Shown here piece after piece: positions 1-9,800 of a stretch of 47,754 nt of DNA; the first letter of the stretch is position 1; every line of letters starts with the position of its first letter. Origin of the DNA: Chromatiaceae bacterium. GTDB lineage: Bacteria > Pseudomonadota > Gammaproteobacteria > SZUA-140. The stretch spans positions 1 to 47,754 of the forward strand of contig QIJH01000176.1 in the NCBI GenBank assembly GCA_003232725.1, written 5' to 3'. A program made the position numbers and the translations under genes. The notes below the pieces were generated by a model, which was given only the letters and a program-made list of their open reading frames with translations, was not told where the DNA came from and made no database searches.

Positions 1-270
1 AGCGGGACTATTACCAAAATTGACAACGCTGATGGTGCGGATTTGGAATTTAAGCTGCCCGTTCATGAATTAATAGAGGTGCCCTGAATACCATCGAAAT
101 CATTCAACAGAGAGAACCTCTTTGACTTTAAGCTCTTTGGTTATGGCAATAAAGAGTCGTATTCAGGCATATTGAGTTTCAAAATTGATGTGGCAATGGT
201 AGCGGCAGTGAAGTAGGAGGGGCGCTCAATTTTAGTGCCAAAACAGGAAAATAATGGCAAAATTCGCCTC

Positions 271-1194
271 ATGAAAATCTCAATGCAATTCCTCTCCCTG
301 CCCAATGCTGCCGCTGTTGATGCGGATGTGCTGCTTCTGCCTGTGCCACACGAGCAGACGGTTACTTACAAACCAGGCACTGCTAATGGCCCCGAGGCAA
401 TTTTAGTAGCGAGTGAGCAGCTGGAGTTTTTTGAAGAGGATATGGCCTGGTGTCCGCTACTGCATATGAAGCTGGCGGTATTGCCTGCGGTTGAATCGAT
501 TGAGGGAGAGCCGGAGGAGGCGTTTCATCGTCGTCTGTTTGAGGCGGTCGAACAACTACCCAGTGATGCGCTTTTGATTGCATTGGGTGGTGAACATTCG
601 ATCACCCCCGAGATGCTGTTTGCCCGCTTGCCTGAAGGTGGCACGGTGGTACAACTCGATGCGCATGCGGACCTTCGTTCTGGTTATTACGGATCGGTTT
701 ATAACCATGCCTGTCCGATGTATCGCATTAGGGAGCGTGGCTACCAGCTGATTCAGATCGGCATCCGTTCACTGCATGCGAATGAGGCGGCGCAGATTGA
801 ATCTGATGATGGTATCACGGTGTGGTTTGATCGCGCACTACAGCGTCCCGGCGTATGGCTGAAGTTGCTTGATCAACTGGCTTCCCTGAGTGGCCCGGTG
901 TGGTTGAGTATTGATATGGATGGTTTTGACCCCGCGTTGATTGCAGGCGTTGGTACGCCGCAGCCGGGTGGTTTGTCATGGCATCAGGGCCTTGATGTGT
1001 TGCTGGCGTTAACGGAAAACCGTGCGGTTGATCTGCGCAATATCGATATCGTTGAACTGGCACCCGAACCAAGCCAGGTCTCAGAGATGATGGCGGCTAA
1101 GCTGGTGCAGAAGTGCATCTCTTATTGGGGAAAGTCTCAAGGTTTTGATCAGCGCCCAGCGCAAGGCTCACAGGTTGGGGCTGACGATGAGTGA
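271..1194 (+). CDS. speB: Agmatinase (ureohydrolase family)
   Basis: GGEHS, DAHAD and SIDMDGFD Mn-binding motifs; overlaps the speA start by 8 nt. ATG at 271 preferred over GTG at 235. Confidence 0.88.
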   Translation: MKISMQFLSLPNAAAVDADVLLLPVPHEQTVTYKPGTANGPEAILVASEQLEFFEEDMAWCPLLHMKLAVLPAVESIEGEPEEAFHRRLFEAVEQLPSDALLIALGGEHSITPEMLFARLPEGGTVVQLDAHADLRSGYYGSVYNHACPMYRIRERGYQLIQIGIRSLHANEAAQIESDDGITVWFDRALQRPGVWLKLLDQLASLSGPVWLSIDMDGFDPALIAGVGTPQPGGLSWHQGLDVLLALTENRAVDLRNIDIVELAPEPSQVSEMMAAKLVQKCISYWGKSQGFDQRPAQGSQVGADDE

Positions 1195-3094
1195 TAAAAA
1201 ATGGTCAGTTAGTGATGCTGCCAAGCTCTATCAGGTGGAGGGCTGGGGCGACGGTTTTTTTAACATTAACGACAGCGGTAATGTTGAGGCGATTTCGAAC
1301 GGGAGCAGTGTCGACCTAAAGGAACTGTGTGATGAACTGGCCACACAGGATCTTCATCCGCCGTTATTGCTACGATTTTCTGACCTGCTTAATAAGCGCA
1401 TGAAGCAGATTCATCAGCGTTTCACGGTTGCGCGTGAAGAGTCTGCATACCAAGGAAAATATTACGGTGTCTATCCGATTAAGGTAAATCAACAGCGGCA
1501 AGTAGTGGAAGAGATTGTTGAATATGGCGCGGCCTTTAACTGGGGCTTAGAAGCGGGTTCAAAACCTGAACTGCATGCAACGCTGGCGATGCTGGAAGAT
1601 GTCGAAGGGTTGATTATCTGTAACGGTTATAAAGACCAGGACTTTATCGAGCTGGCGTTGATGGGGTTGAAGATGGGTAAGCGCGTCTTCATCGTGATTG
1701 AAAAACCGAATGAGCTTGAGTTGGTATTAAACACGGCGCAACGTCTGAAAGTAAAGCCTTTGATTGGCCTGCGTTGTCGTCTTGCTGCAACCAGCCGGGG
1801 AAAGTGGCATAGCTCGGGTGGTGATATGTCGAAGTTTGGACTGTCGCCATCGGAGTTGCTGGATGCGATTAATAAACTCAAAGAGGCCAATCGATTAGAT
1901 TGTTTAAATCTACTTCATTTTCATATTGGCAGTCAGGTACCGGAGATCAGCAGTATCAAAGATGCGATGCAGGAAGCGGCGCGTTACTTTGTTGAGGCGC
2001 GACGACTCGGTGCACCGATTGAATTTATCGATGTCGGAGGGGGCCTTGGGGTGAACTATGATGGCAACATCACCTCGGTCAATTATAGCTTGCAAGAGTA
2101 CGCCAATGAGATTGTCTGGACGATGCAGCAGGTCTGTAATGAAGAAAACCTGACTCATCCGCATATCATTTCAGAGTCTGGTCGCGCCTTGGTGGCTCAC
2201 CACTCAGTCTTGATTGTTGACGTGTTAGGCATCACAAAACGTACCGGTGATCAACTGCCGCAAGCGCCTGCTGAGCATAGCCCGTTACAACTTCGCCAGT
2301 TGTGGGAGACGCTTAATGAGCGGGATGAAATGTCGCCGCGTGAAGCGTTACATATCGCGATTTCATTGCGTGAAGATATGAATAAACTGTTTAGCCTGGG
2401 CCATGCGACGCTAGCAGATCGCGCGCGCATGGATGATATCTACTGGCATCTGGTGAATATCATTATGCAGCGTCTCAATGACAGTGAGATTGAACAGTTG
2501 ATGCCTGGGTTAAAGACGCAAGCGGCAGATCGTTACTTCTGTAATTTTTCAGTCTTTCAATCGCTGCCAGATGCGTGGGCGATTAAACAGGTCTTTCCCG
2601 TGATGCCCATTCACCGCCTGGATGAAGCGCCCACACAGGATGGCATACTGGTTGATGTGACCTGTGATTCTGATGGTACCTTGCTGAATTTTCCATTAGA
2701 GAGTGGTCATTCAAAGACATTGCCACTACATGCTGAAAAACAGGATGAGCGTTATCTGCTCGGAATGTTTTTAACCGGTGCTTACCAGGAAATTCTGGGT
2801 GGCCTGCATAACCTCTTCGGTGATACCCATGCGGTTCATATTCGGATGGATGGTGACAAGTACGAACTGGAGCAGGTGGTCAAAGGTGAGTCAGTAGCGG
2901 ATGTGCTCGATTACGTGCAGTTTCATGAAACCGTATTGATTGACCGTATGCGACGCCAGGTGCAGGAGGCGCGTCGTGAAGGACGTCTGACGGCACGTGA
3001 AGCCAATGCTTTTTTGCGTTTTTATCAGAAGGGGTTAAAGGGATACACCTATCTTGAAGAGGATACGCCGACGATTCCGTTTAACCCTGACTAA
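1187..3094 (+). CDS. speA: Biosynthetic arginine decarboxylase
   Basis: YPIKVNQ (PLP lysine), GLEAGSKPE, HFHIGSQ, ESGRA, NFSVFQSLPDAWAI, TCDSDG and GAYQEILG motifs; ATG at 1187. Confidence 0.95.
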   Translation: MSDKKWSVSDAAKLYQVEGWGDGFFNINDSGNVEAISNGSSVDLKELCDELATQDLHPPLLLRFSDLLNKRMKQIHQRFTVAREESAYQGKYYGVYPIKVNQQRQVVEEIVEYGAAFNWGLEAGSKPELHATLAMLEDVEGLIICNGYKDQDFIELALMGLKMGKRVFIVIEKPNELELVLNTAQRLKVKPLIGLRCRLAATSRGKWHSSGGDMSKFGLSPSELLDAINKLKEANRLDCLNLLHFHIGSQVPEISSIKDAMQEAARYFVEARRLGAPIEFIDVGGGLGVNYDGNITSVNYSLQEYANEIVWTMQQVCNEENLTHPHIISESGRALVAHHSVLIVDVLGITKRTGDQLPQAPAEHSPLQLRQLWETLNERDEMSPREALHIAISLREDMNKLFSLGHATLADRARMDDIYWHLVNIIMQRLNDSEIEQLMPGLKTQAADRYFCNFSVFQSLPDAWAIKQVFPVMPIHRLDEAPTQDGILVDVTCDSDGTLLNFPLESGHSKTLPLHAEKQDERYLLGMFLTGAYQEILGGLHNLFGDTHAVHIRMDGDKYELEQVVKGESVADVLDYVQFHETVLIDRMRRQVQEARREGRLTAREANAFLRFYQKGLKGYTYLEEDTPTIPFNPD

Positions 3095-3112
3095 AATGGT
3101 TGATAGACGTCT

Positions 3113-4226
3113 CTATGAGAGACGGCTTTCGTAGTCATGATAATCAAAACGGCGTACCACTTCCAAGCGTCCATCTTCATGTTGAATTGCAATCGCCGGG
3201 TGGTTAACACCATTAAACATGGTGGTCTTGACCATGGTGTAGTGAATCATATCTTCAAAGATCAGCTCGTCACCAATTTTTAGCGGCTGATCAAACGAAT
3301 AATCACCCATCACATCGCCCGCCAGGCAGGTGATGCCACCCAGCTGGTAGGTGAACGCCTTTTCACCAGGCAGTGCCGCACCACGCACGGCTGCACGATA
3401 AGGCATCTCCAGCAGATCTGGCATATGGGCGGTGGCAGAGGTGTTTAGCAGTGCGATGCTGGTTCCGTCACGCGCTATCACATCGAGTACCGTAGCGCTC
3501 AAGATACCGGCATCCCACGCAATGGCGGAACCCGGTTCCAGTACTACCTCTAATGATGGATGGCGTTGGCGAAATGCCTTTAATACACGAATCAAACGCT
3601 CAACATCATAACCTTGCCTTGTTATCAGGTGACCACCACCAAGATTGAGGTAGCAGATGGTCGAAGTGTTTTTCAACCGCTTCAATCAGGCGTTCAGTCG
3701 CATCAGCATCACATTCGCACAGTGCATGCACATGCAGCCCCTCGATGCCAGCAGGTAATCCATCTGCAAGTTCAGCAGCAGGAATACCGAGACGTGACTG
3801 TTCGTTACAAGGGTTATAGAGATCGTTCTCCACTTCATTCACACCAGGATTAACCCGTAGCCCGCATGAAACACCTGCTGTTTGATCTTTAAAACGTTGC
3901 CACTGGCTTAGTGAGTTAAACGAGATGCGGTTGGATAGCTTCACCAATTCAGGCCATTCGGCATCGCTATAAGCGGGTGCATAGAGGTGAATGTGCCCTC
4001 CAAAATGGTGCTGTGCGAGGCGTGCTTCATTGTATGAACTGGCAGCGCATCCAGAGAGATAGTCACGTACCATGGGAAAGGCAGACCACATCGCAAAGCC
4101 CTTTAGGGCAAGGATAATAGTACAGCCTGATGTCTGTTGCACGTGCTTGACCAGCTGAAGGTTTTCTCTGAGCTTTACCTCCTCTAATAGAAAGCAGGGC
4201 GAGGGTCGTGAGGTTAAATTATTCAT
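3113..4226 (-). pseudogene. nspC: Carboxy(nor)spermidine decarboxylase, frameshifted near 3645-3649
   Basis: ORF 3606-4226 (LALKGF, GLRVNP, SRLG, HALCE) and ORF 3113-3685 (NLGGGH, EPG, HMPD, TCLAGD, HYTMVKTTMFNG) are the two halves of one NspC. The frames switch between HLLPQ and LNLGGGH. Confidence 0.88.
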
Positions 4227-4229
4227 TGG

Positions 4230-5459
4230 TTAAGCGCAGCACTCGCTATTCAGTTCAGTTGGTAGCCTATCGATATCGATATCACATGCTACATCGTTCC
4301 ATGGCAGGCCGTATCTGTTAAGGTCTGCCATGAAAGGATCTGGATCAAACTGTTCCATGTTCCACACACCAGCTCCAGACCATTTACCTTCGAGCATCAT
4401 CTTGGCACCGATCATCGCTGCTACGCCGGTGGTGTATGAGACACCCTGCGCATTGGTCTCTTTGAAACATGCCTGGTGATCGCAGATGTTATAGAGATAG
4501 CGTGATACCGGTTTGTCGTCTTTGTTACCTGTGATGATGCAGCCGATGTTGGTCTTGCCCTTAGTGCGTGGACCAAGCGTTGCCGGATCAGGTAAAAGCG
4601 CCGTAAGGAACTGCAGTGGTACGATTTGTTGTCCCTGGAATTCGATTGGCTTGATACTGTCGAGACCGATGTTCTGGAATACCTCAAGATGTTTCAGATA
4701 GCTCTCACCAAAAGTCATCCAAAATCGCATCCGCTTCACGCCAGGGATGTGTTTGGCGAGCGATTCCATCTCTTCATGGTAGAGCAGGAACATCTTGCGT
4801 GGGCCGATTGCCGGGAAATCAAACACACGTGAAATTTCCATCGGCTGGGTCTCAATCCACTGGCCATGCTCAAAATAGCGTCCGTTGGCAGTCACTTCGC
4901 GAATGTTGATTTCAGGGTTAAAATTGGTGGCAAAGGGGTAGCCGTGGTCACCCGCATTACAATCCAGGATGTCAATGGTGTCGATCTGATCAAAATGGTG
5001 CTTTAGTGCGTAGGCGGTAAAGACGTTGGTCACACCGGGGTCAAAGCCAGAACCGAGCAGCGCAGTGATGCCCGCCGCTTTGAAACGTGCTTGATAGGCC
5101 CACTGCCAGCTGTATTCGAACTTAGCCTCATCCAGTGGTTCATAATTGGCGGTATCAAGGTAGTCGATACCGCCCTCCAGGCAGGCGTCCATAATAGTCA
5201 GGTCCTGATAGGGTAGCGCCACATTGATGATCATCTTTGGCTCGACCTTGCGGATCAGTGCCACCAGCTCTGCTACATTATCGGCATTGACCTGGGCGGT
5301 TTTGACGCGATCGCTGGTAATTTCACTGGCGATCTGCTCGCATTTTGAAACCGTGCGGCTCGCCAGCCAGATGTCACTAAAGACATCAGGCAGTTGCGCA
5401 CATTTGTGGGTAACAACCCGGCCGACGCCGCCCGCACCGATGATTAACACGCTATTCAT
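4230..5459 (-). CDS. Carboxy(nor)spermidine dehydrogenase (saccharopine dehydrogenase family)
   Basis: GAGGVG Rossmann motif, YLDTANYE, GSGFDPG and FATNFNPEINIRE; ends 3 nt upstream of nspC. Confidence 0.92.
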   Translation of the reverse strand: MNSVLIIGAGGVGRVVTHKCAQLPDVFSDIWLASRTVSKCEQIASEITSDRVKTAQVNADNVAELVALIRKVEPKMIINVALPYQDLTIMDACLEGGIDYLDTANYEPLDEAKFEYSWQWAYQARFKAAGITALLGSGFDPGVTNVFTAYALKHHFDQIDTIDILDCNAGDHGYPFATNFNPEINIREVTANGRYFEHGQWIETQPMEISRVFDFPAIGPRKMFLLYHEEMESLAKHIPGVKRMRFWMTFGESYLKHLEVFQNIGLDSIKPIEFQGQQIVPLQFLTALLPDPATLGPRTKGKTNIGCIITGNKDDKPVSRYLYNICDHQACFKETNAQGVSYTTGVAAMIGAKMMLEGKWSGAGVWNMEQFDPDPFMADLNRYGLPWNDVACDIDIDRLPTELNSECCA

Positions 5460-5708
5460 AACAACACCCTGAATAAATCTGGCAATAGTTTCTGGAAAAT
5501 GGTGCCGCGATTTTAGTCTGTTGACTGCGGGTATGTCATCTTTAAGTTTTCTGTATAAGAGTCATGGCACCGAGTGATGTCATGCCGTATGATATTGACT
5601 TTCCAGGCGGCAATAGGGAATGCTCTCCTTTTTAAGGCTTCGGGACGAGTATCATATTGATTCTGTTTGTAATTATGTTAGTCTTCCCCTTCGATCTGTA
5701 GTGAATAT

Positions 5709-7298
5709 ATGGCCAATAATGTGGTGCAAAAAATCGATGCCTCCGAGCGCTCAGTGGTTGCTAGCCCTGCTGTCCAGACTGATCTCTGCAACGGCCAGAA
5801 AAAACCGGCCCCTTTTTTACACGATCCCTCTCTGCTTCATGATGCATCTCCCGCTTATTACCTGAAAACCGATGCGCTGGCGTCGTTGATGGTTCATGTG
5901 CAAAATACGCTCTCTGATCACGGGCCGATGCAGGTGATTATCGCGGAACATGGCCGAGGCAAGAGTTCATTTATTCGCCAGCTGATTAGCGAGGCTGCTG
6001 GTCGTTGGCAGCTCTGTTATATCCATGCGGACTACCAGTTGGGCGTTGATCATATTATCGATGCGCTTGGGCAGGTGTTCCTGGCTCAGGAGGGGGGCGA
6101 TTTTGAGTCGCTGGTGAGTGGTTTGATTCGGTATGATGTTAATCAGCCATCTCCGCTGGTGATTGTTGATGATGCGCAAAATATCTCATCGTATGGGCTG
6201 GAGACGCTGGCGACGATTAAGCGAACAGTGACTGAGCAGGGCGGCAATATCGATATTATTCTTTGTGCCAGCCCGACACTGCGTAAAAACATTGCTTCGT
6301 ATGGTATGTCTGCTTTTAAAGGGGAATGGTTTGAAGTGCACCTGCTGCCTCGCTTTACCGAGGAGGATACGCTCACCTATCTTAATGAACGCTTTGAAAA
6401 TTCGGCGGAGACTGAGTTTACCCCATCTCAACTGCAGATCATTAACCGGCGCGGTTGTGGTGTGCCTGCCTGTATTAATTATCATGCAGAGTTGGTGCTT
6501 GGACGACATATATCCGATGAACGCTTGCGGTTGGCGCATCAACAAATTTTGATACGGCAGAAGAAGATGCCATATTTTATGGGTGGCGGTGTCATGGTCT
6601 TGTTGTTGCTTGTGACCTCTGTTTTTATGCTCTCTAGTTCAGAACAAGCGTTGTTAGTTGATAACACTTCCACTGCGGCTTCGCCTCTCTCCATTGGTTT
6701 GCCTGCTGTTAAGCAAATGGTGGCTGAACAACAGTTGATTGTGAAATCTGAGGTGATAGTACCTGTCGTTATGAAGCCTGAAGAAAAGTCAAAGCCAGCT
6801 CCAGCTCCAGCTCCTAAGCCACGACCTGAACCTGCTGTAGCAAAGGATTCACCGCAACCGCTGCCAGCCATGGTGGACAAACCAAAGCTACCATTAACGA
6901 CAGCAGCGAAGCCTGCACCTGTTGTTAAAAAAACTGAGCCAGCTATGACTATCGCAGCAACACCAGTGAAAGCGGTTAAGACGTTGAGTGACGAGGCGAT
7001 TCCTGGTGTCGCCTGGTTAAAGGCGCAGCCTGAAAATTATCACTCCATTCAGCTGGCGGGCTCTCCGAACGAAAAAAATATTATCCGTTACATTACCCGT
7101 AGTTCACTGGATGGTGAACTGGCCTATGTGCTGCTTAAACGCAAAAATCGCAGTAGCTGGTATGTTGTTTTACATGGCAGTTTTGAATCAAGGGCTGAGG
7201 CACTGCGTATTGTTGAGTTCTTTCCACCTGAACTGAAAAAAAACAAACCATGGATTCGGCAGTTTTCTAAATTGAGCGATGCGCTGGACGAAAGTTAG
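5709..7298 (+). CDS. ExeA-like AAA domain + TM helix + Pro-rich linker + SPOR domain (DamX-like) protein
   Basis: Degenerate Walker A (AEHGRGKS), Walker B (VIVDDAQ), TM segment, PAPAP linker, and SPOR-like C-terminus (SIQL...WYVVLHGSF...PWIR). Confidence 0.75.
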   Translation: MANNVVQKIDASERSVVASPAVQTDLCNGQKKPAPFLHDPSLLHDASPAYYLKTDALASLMVHVQNTLSDHGPMQVIIAEHGRGKSSFIRQLISEAAGRWQLCYIHADYQLGVDHIIDALGQVFLAQEGGDFESLVSGLIRYDVNQPSPLVIVDDAQNISSYGLETLATIKRTVTEQGGNIDIILCASPTLRKNIASYGMSAFKGEWFEVHLLPRFTEEDTLTYLNERFENSAETEFTPSQLQIINRRGCGVPACINYHAELVLGRHISDERLRLAHQQILIRQKKMPYFMGGGVMVLLLLVTSVFMLSSSEQALLVDNTSTAASPLSIGLPAVKQMVAEQQLIVKSEVIVPVVMKPEEKSKPAPAPAPKPRPEPAVAKDSPQPLPAMVDKPKLPLTTAAKPAPVVKKTEPAMTIAATPVKAVKTLSDEAIPGVAWLKAQPENYHSIQLAGSPNEKNIIRYITRSSLDGELAYVLLKRKNRSSWYVVLHGSFESRAEALRIVEFFPPELKKNKPWIRQFSKLSDALDES

Positions 7299-7345
7299 GC
7301 TATCAGGCTGATAGCCTCTTATTCAAAAAATAGATGTTAAATTAG

Positions 7346-8563
7346 ATGCGTTCAAAAAAAGTTTTTTTCAATAACAGTGCTGGTGAACGCATTGCAGCGC
7401 TGCTGGATATGCCGCTTGAGAATCGTCCGGGCAGCTATGCGATTATTGCCCACTGTTTTACCTGCACTAAAAATATCAAGGCGATTCACTACATCAGTCG
7501 CGCCCTGACACAGCGTCATATAGCGGTGTTACGTTTTGACTTCACCGGTTTGGGCGAGAGTGAAGGCGATTTTTCCGAGAGTAACTTTAGCTCTAATGTT
7601 GAAGATCTGCTCTGTGCTGCACGCTACCTGGACGATGAGCACCAGGCGGCGGGAATCTTGATTGGTCATTCACTGGGTGGCACGGCTGCATTGGCGGCTG
7701 CGAGCCAAATCCTTTCTGTAAAGGGGGTGGTGACGATCGGCGCACCGTATGAGCCACACCATGTGTTGCACCACTTTAAAAAGGAGCAGGCTGAAATTGA
7801 GGCGAACGGTGAGGCAGAAGTGGTTGTCGCTGGCCAGCGCTACCGCATGAAGCAGCAGTTTCTCGATGATGTGCAAGGGGTAAAGATGGACAAGCCAATT
7901 AAGCAGCTGGGTTGTGCGTTGTTGGTTTTACATGCCTCAAATGATGAGACAGTCACGATGAATAACGCGGGTAAGATCTTTGAAGCGGCACTGCATCCCA
8001 AAAGCTTTGTCTCACTCGATGATGCAGGGCATCTACTGGCGAATAAGAGAGATGCTTGTTATGCCGGTGGTTTGATTGCATCCTGGGCTGAAAAATATCT
8101 TGCGATTGAGCCGTTATCGCACTTAACATCGCTCAGTGACGATGCGGTGGTCAGTGCGAGCATTGGTCGTGAACATTATTACACCGAGATCGACGCTCAT
8201 GGGCATGGGCTAATGGCGGATGAGCCTGAATCGATGGGTGGCGGTGCGCTGGGCCCAACCCCATACGAGTTATTAACGGCTGCGCTGGCTGCCTGTACCG
8301 CGATGACGTTGCGGATGTATGCCGATCACAAAAAATGGCCGCTTGCAGAGGTGAATGTACAGATCAGGCACCGTAAAATTCACGCTAAGGACTGTGCCGA
8401 GTGTGAAGATAAAACGGGTAAGATCGATTTGATTGAACGTGAAATTGAACTGGTAGGTGAATTATCGGGTGAACAGCGCCAGCGATTGTTAGAAATTGCA
8501 GATAAATGCCCGCTACACAAAACACTGCATGCCGAGGTCAAGGTGACTTCACGGTTGATTTAG
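7346..8563 (+). CDS. Alpha/beta hydrolase-OsmC fusion protein
   Basis: AHCFTC, GHSLGG nucleophile elbow and HPKSF; C-terminal OsmC domain (ADEP, GPTPYELL, ACTAMT, KCPLH). Confidence 0.9.
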   Translation: MRSKKVFFNNSAGERIAALLDMPLENRPGSYAIIAHCFTCTKNIKAIHYISRALTQRHIAVLRFDFTGLGESEGDFSESNFSSNVEDLLCAARYLDDEHQAAGILIGHSLGGTAALAAASQILSVKGVVTIGAPYEPHHVLHHFKKEQAEIEANGEAEVVVAGQRYRMKQQFLDDVQGVKMDKPIKQLGCALLVLHASNDETVTMNNAGKIFEAALHPKSFVSLDDAGHLLANKRDACYAGGLIASWAEKYLAIEPLSHLTSLSDDAVVSASIGREHYYTEIDAHGHGLMADEPESMGGGALGPTPYELLTAALAACTAMTLRMYADHKKWPLAEVNVQIRHRKIHAKDCAECEDKTGKIDLIEREIELVGELSGEQRQRLLEIADKCPLHKTLHAEVKVTSRLI

Positions 8564-8568
8564 CAATT

Positions 8569-9774
8569 ATGAATAAGTTAATAATCTTGACGGTTTTGCT
8601 TGCTGGTATTGGTATTGGTTGGTTGTTGCGTGGTGCTGCTGCGCCGGCGCCGGTTGTCATTTCGCCAGCGCCATCGTTACATGAGCATTCTGATGAAGCT
8701 GTGAGTGCGATAGATGGCGCGTTGGATAGCCCCGTTATCATCTCCGCTACTCATTTAAGTGTGAAGTCGCTTGATGAAATCAAACGCTCGCAAAAACAGC
8801 CGTTGGAGCCACTCACTGCACTGTTAAGTGCAGGGCGAGATGCAGAAGCGATTGAATGGTACGTATCATTTGAGCGCGAAAATGGCGATGTCGACAGCGC
8901 ACGCAAATGGATCAATCAAGAGGTGACTCGACGTGAGCAGCGTCATGATCTACATGACGCTGCTCGATTACTGTCACTGTTCATTGAGCAATTACCGCAT
9001 GGCTTTGATGAACGTATCGCGCTGACATCAATCTATCAGCGACAGGAGCAATTTTATCCGGCGTTAAGCGTGCTGTTTGAGACCATACCAGTCGCCTCAA
9101 CGACGGTTGAACTAACACAGCTTGATCAGTTAATTTTGAAAACCGTTAAAGCGGCCGATAGAGATATTCGCCCTGATGATATTGGTGCGAAAATTGAGCT
9201 GTATCAGTTTTTGCTGCAACATCGTGCTTCAGATACGCAATACTATATTGAGTTAGCAAAATGGCTGGTGAAAGGTACGCATCTCGATGCCGCTATTGAA
9301 CAGCTTTATATCGTGCAGTATGACCCCTTTGTGGGTGATGTTGCACAGAAAATGCTGGCTGAGATTGAACGTCTTCGCTTAAAATTACTTGAAACACCGC
9401 TGGCATTAGTGCGTAGAGGCAGCCACTTTATGGTGGACGCCTCATTGAATCACAATGAGATACGTCTGTTGATTGATACGGGTGCGTCACTAACGGTATT
9501 GGATAGTGCTGCGGCGCAGCTATTAGGGTTAGATGAATTTGATGCGTTACAGCGAATGCAGATGAATACGGCGAATGGCGTGACGGAAGCATTACTGTAT
9601 CGAATCGACTCGATGGCGCTGGGGGTCTTTGCTGTTTCATCGATTGATATTGCCGTGGTAGAGCATCTGGAGATCAGTGGCGCCTCTGGTCTATTGGGGA
9701 TGAATTTTCTGCAGCATTTTGAGTTCCGGATTGATCAATCTGATGCGCAGCTCTTTTTGAAATATCGTGATTAA
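8569..9774 (+). CDS. Membrane-anchored retropepsin-like aspartyl protease with a helical/TPR-like middle region
   Basis: N-terminal TM; LIDTGAS catalytic motif, TANG flap and GLLGMNFL. Confidence 0.8.
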   Translation: MNKLIILTVLLAGIGIGWLLRGAAAPAPVVISPAPSLHEHSDEAVSAIDGALDSPVIISATHLSVKSLDEIKRSQKQPLEPLTALLSAGRDAEAIEWYVSFERENGDVDSARKWINQEVTRREQRHDLHDAARLLSLFIEQLPHGFDERIALTSIYQRQEQFYPALSVLFETIPVASTTVELTQLDQLILKTVKAADRDIRPDDIGAKIELYQFLLQHRASDTQYYIELAKWLVKGTHLDAAIEQLYIVQYDPFVGDVAQKMLAEIERLRLKLLETPLALVRRGSHFMVDASLNHNEIRLLIDTGASLTVLDSAAAQLLGLDEFDALQRMQMNTANGVTEALLYRIDSMALGVFAVSSIDIAVVEHLEISGASGLLGMNFLQHFEFRIDQSDAQLFLKYRD

Positions 9775-9800
9775 TTATGTTTAGTAATGAAGGTTGATAG

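Noticed and set aside
2050-2090. Short loop in SpeA (NYDGNITSVNY), and similar short loops in SdhB, HolB and the RluA C-half, as more in-frame deletions
   Set aside because: These loops vary in length between homologs; needs an alignment I cannot run.
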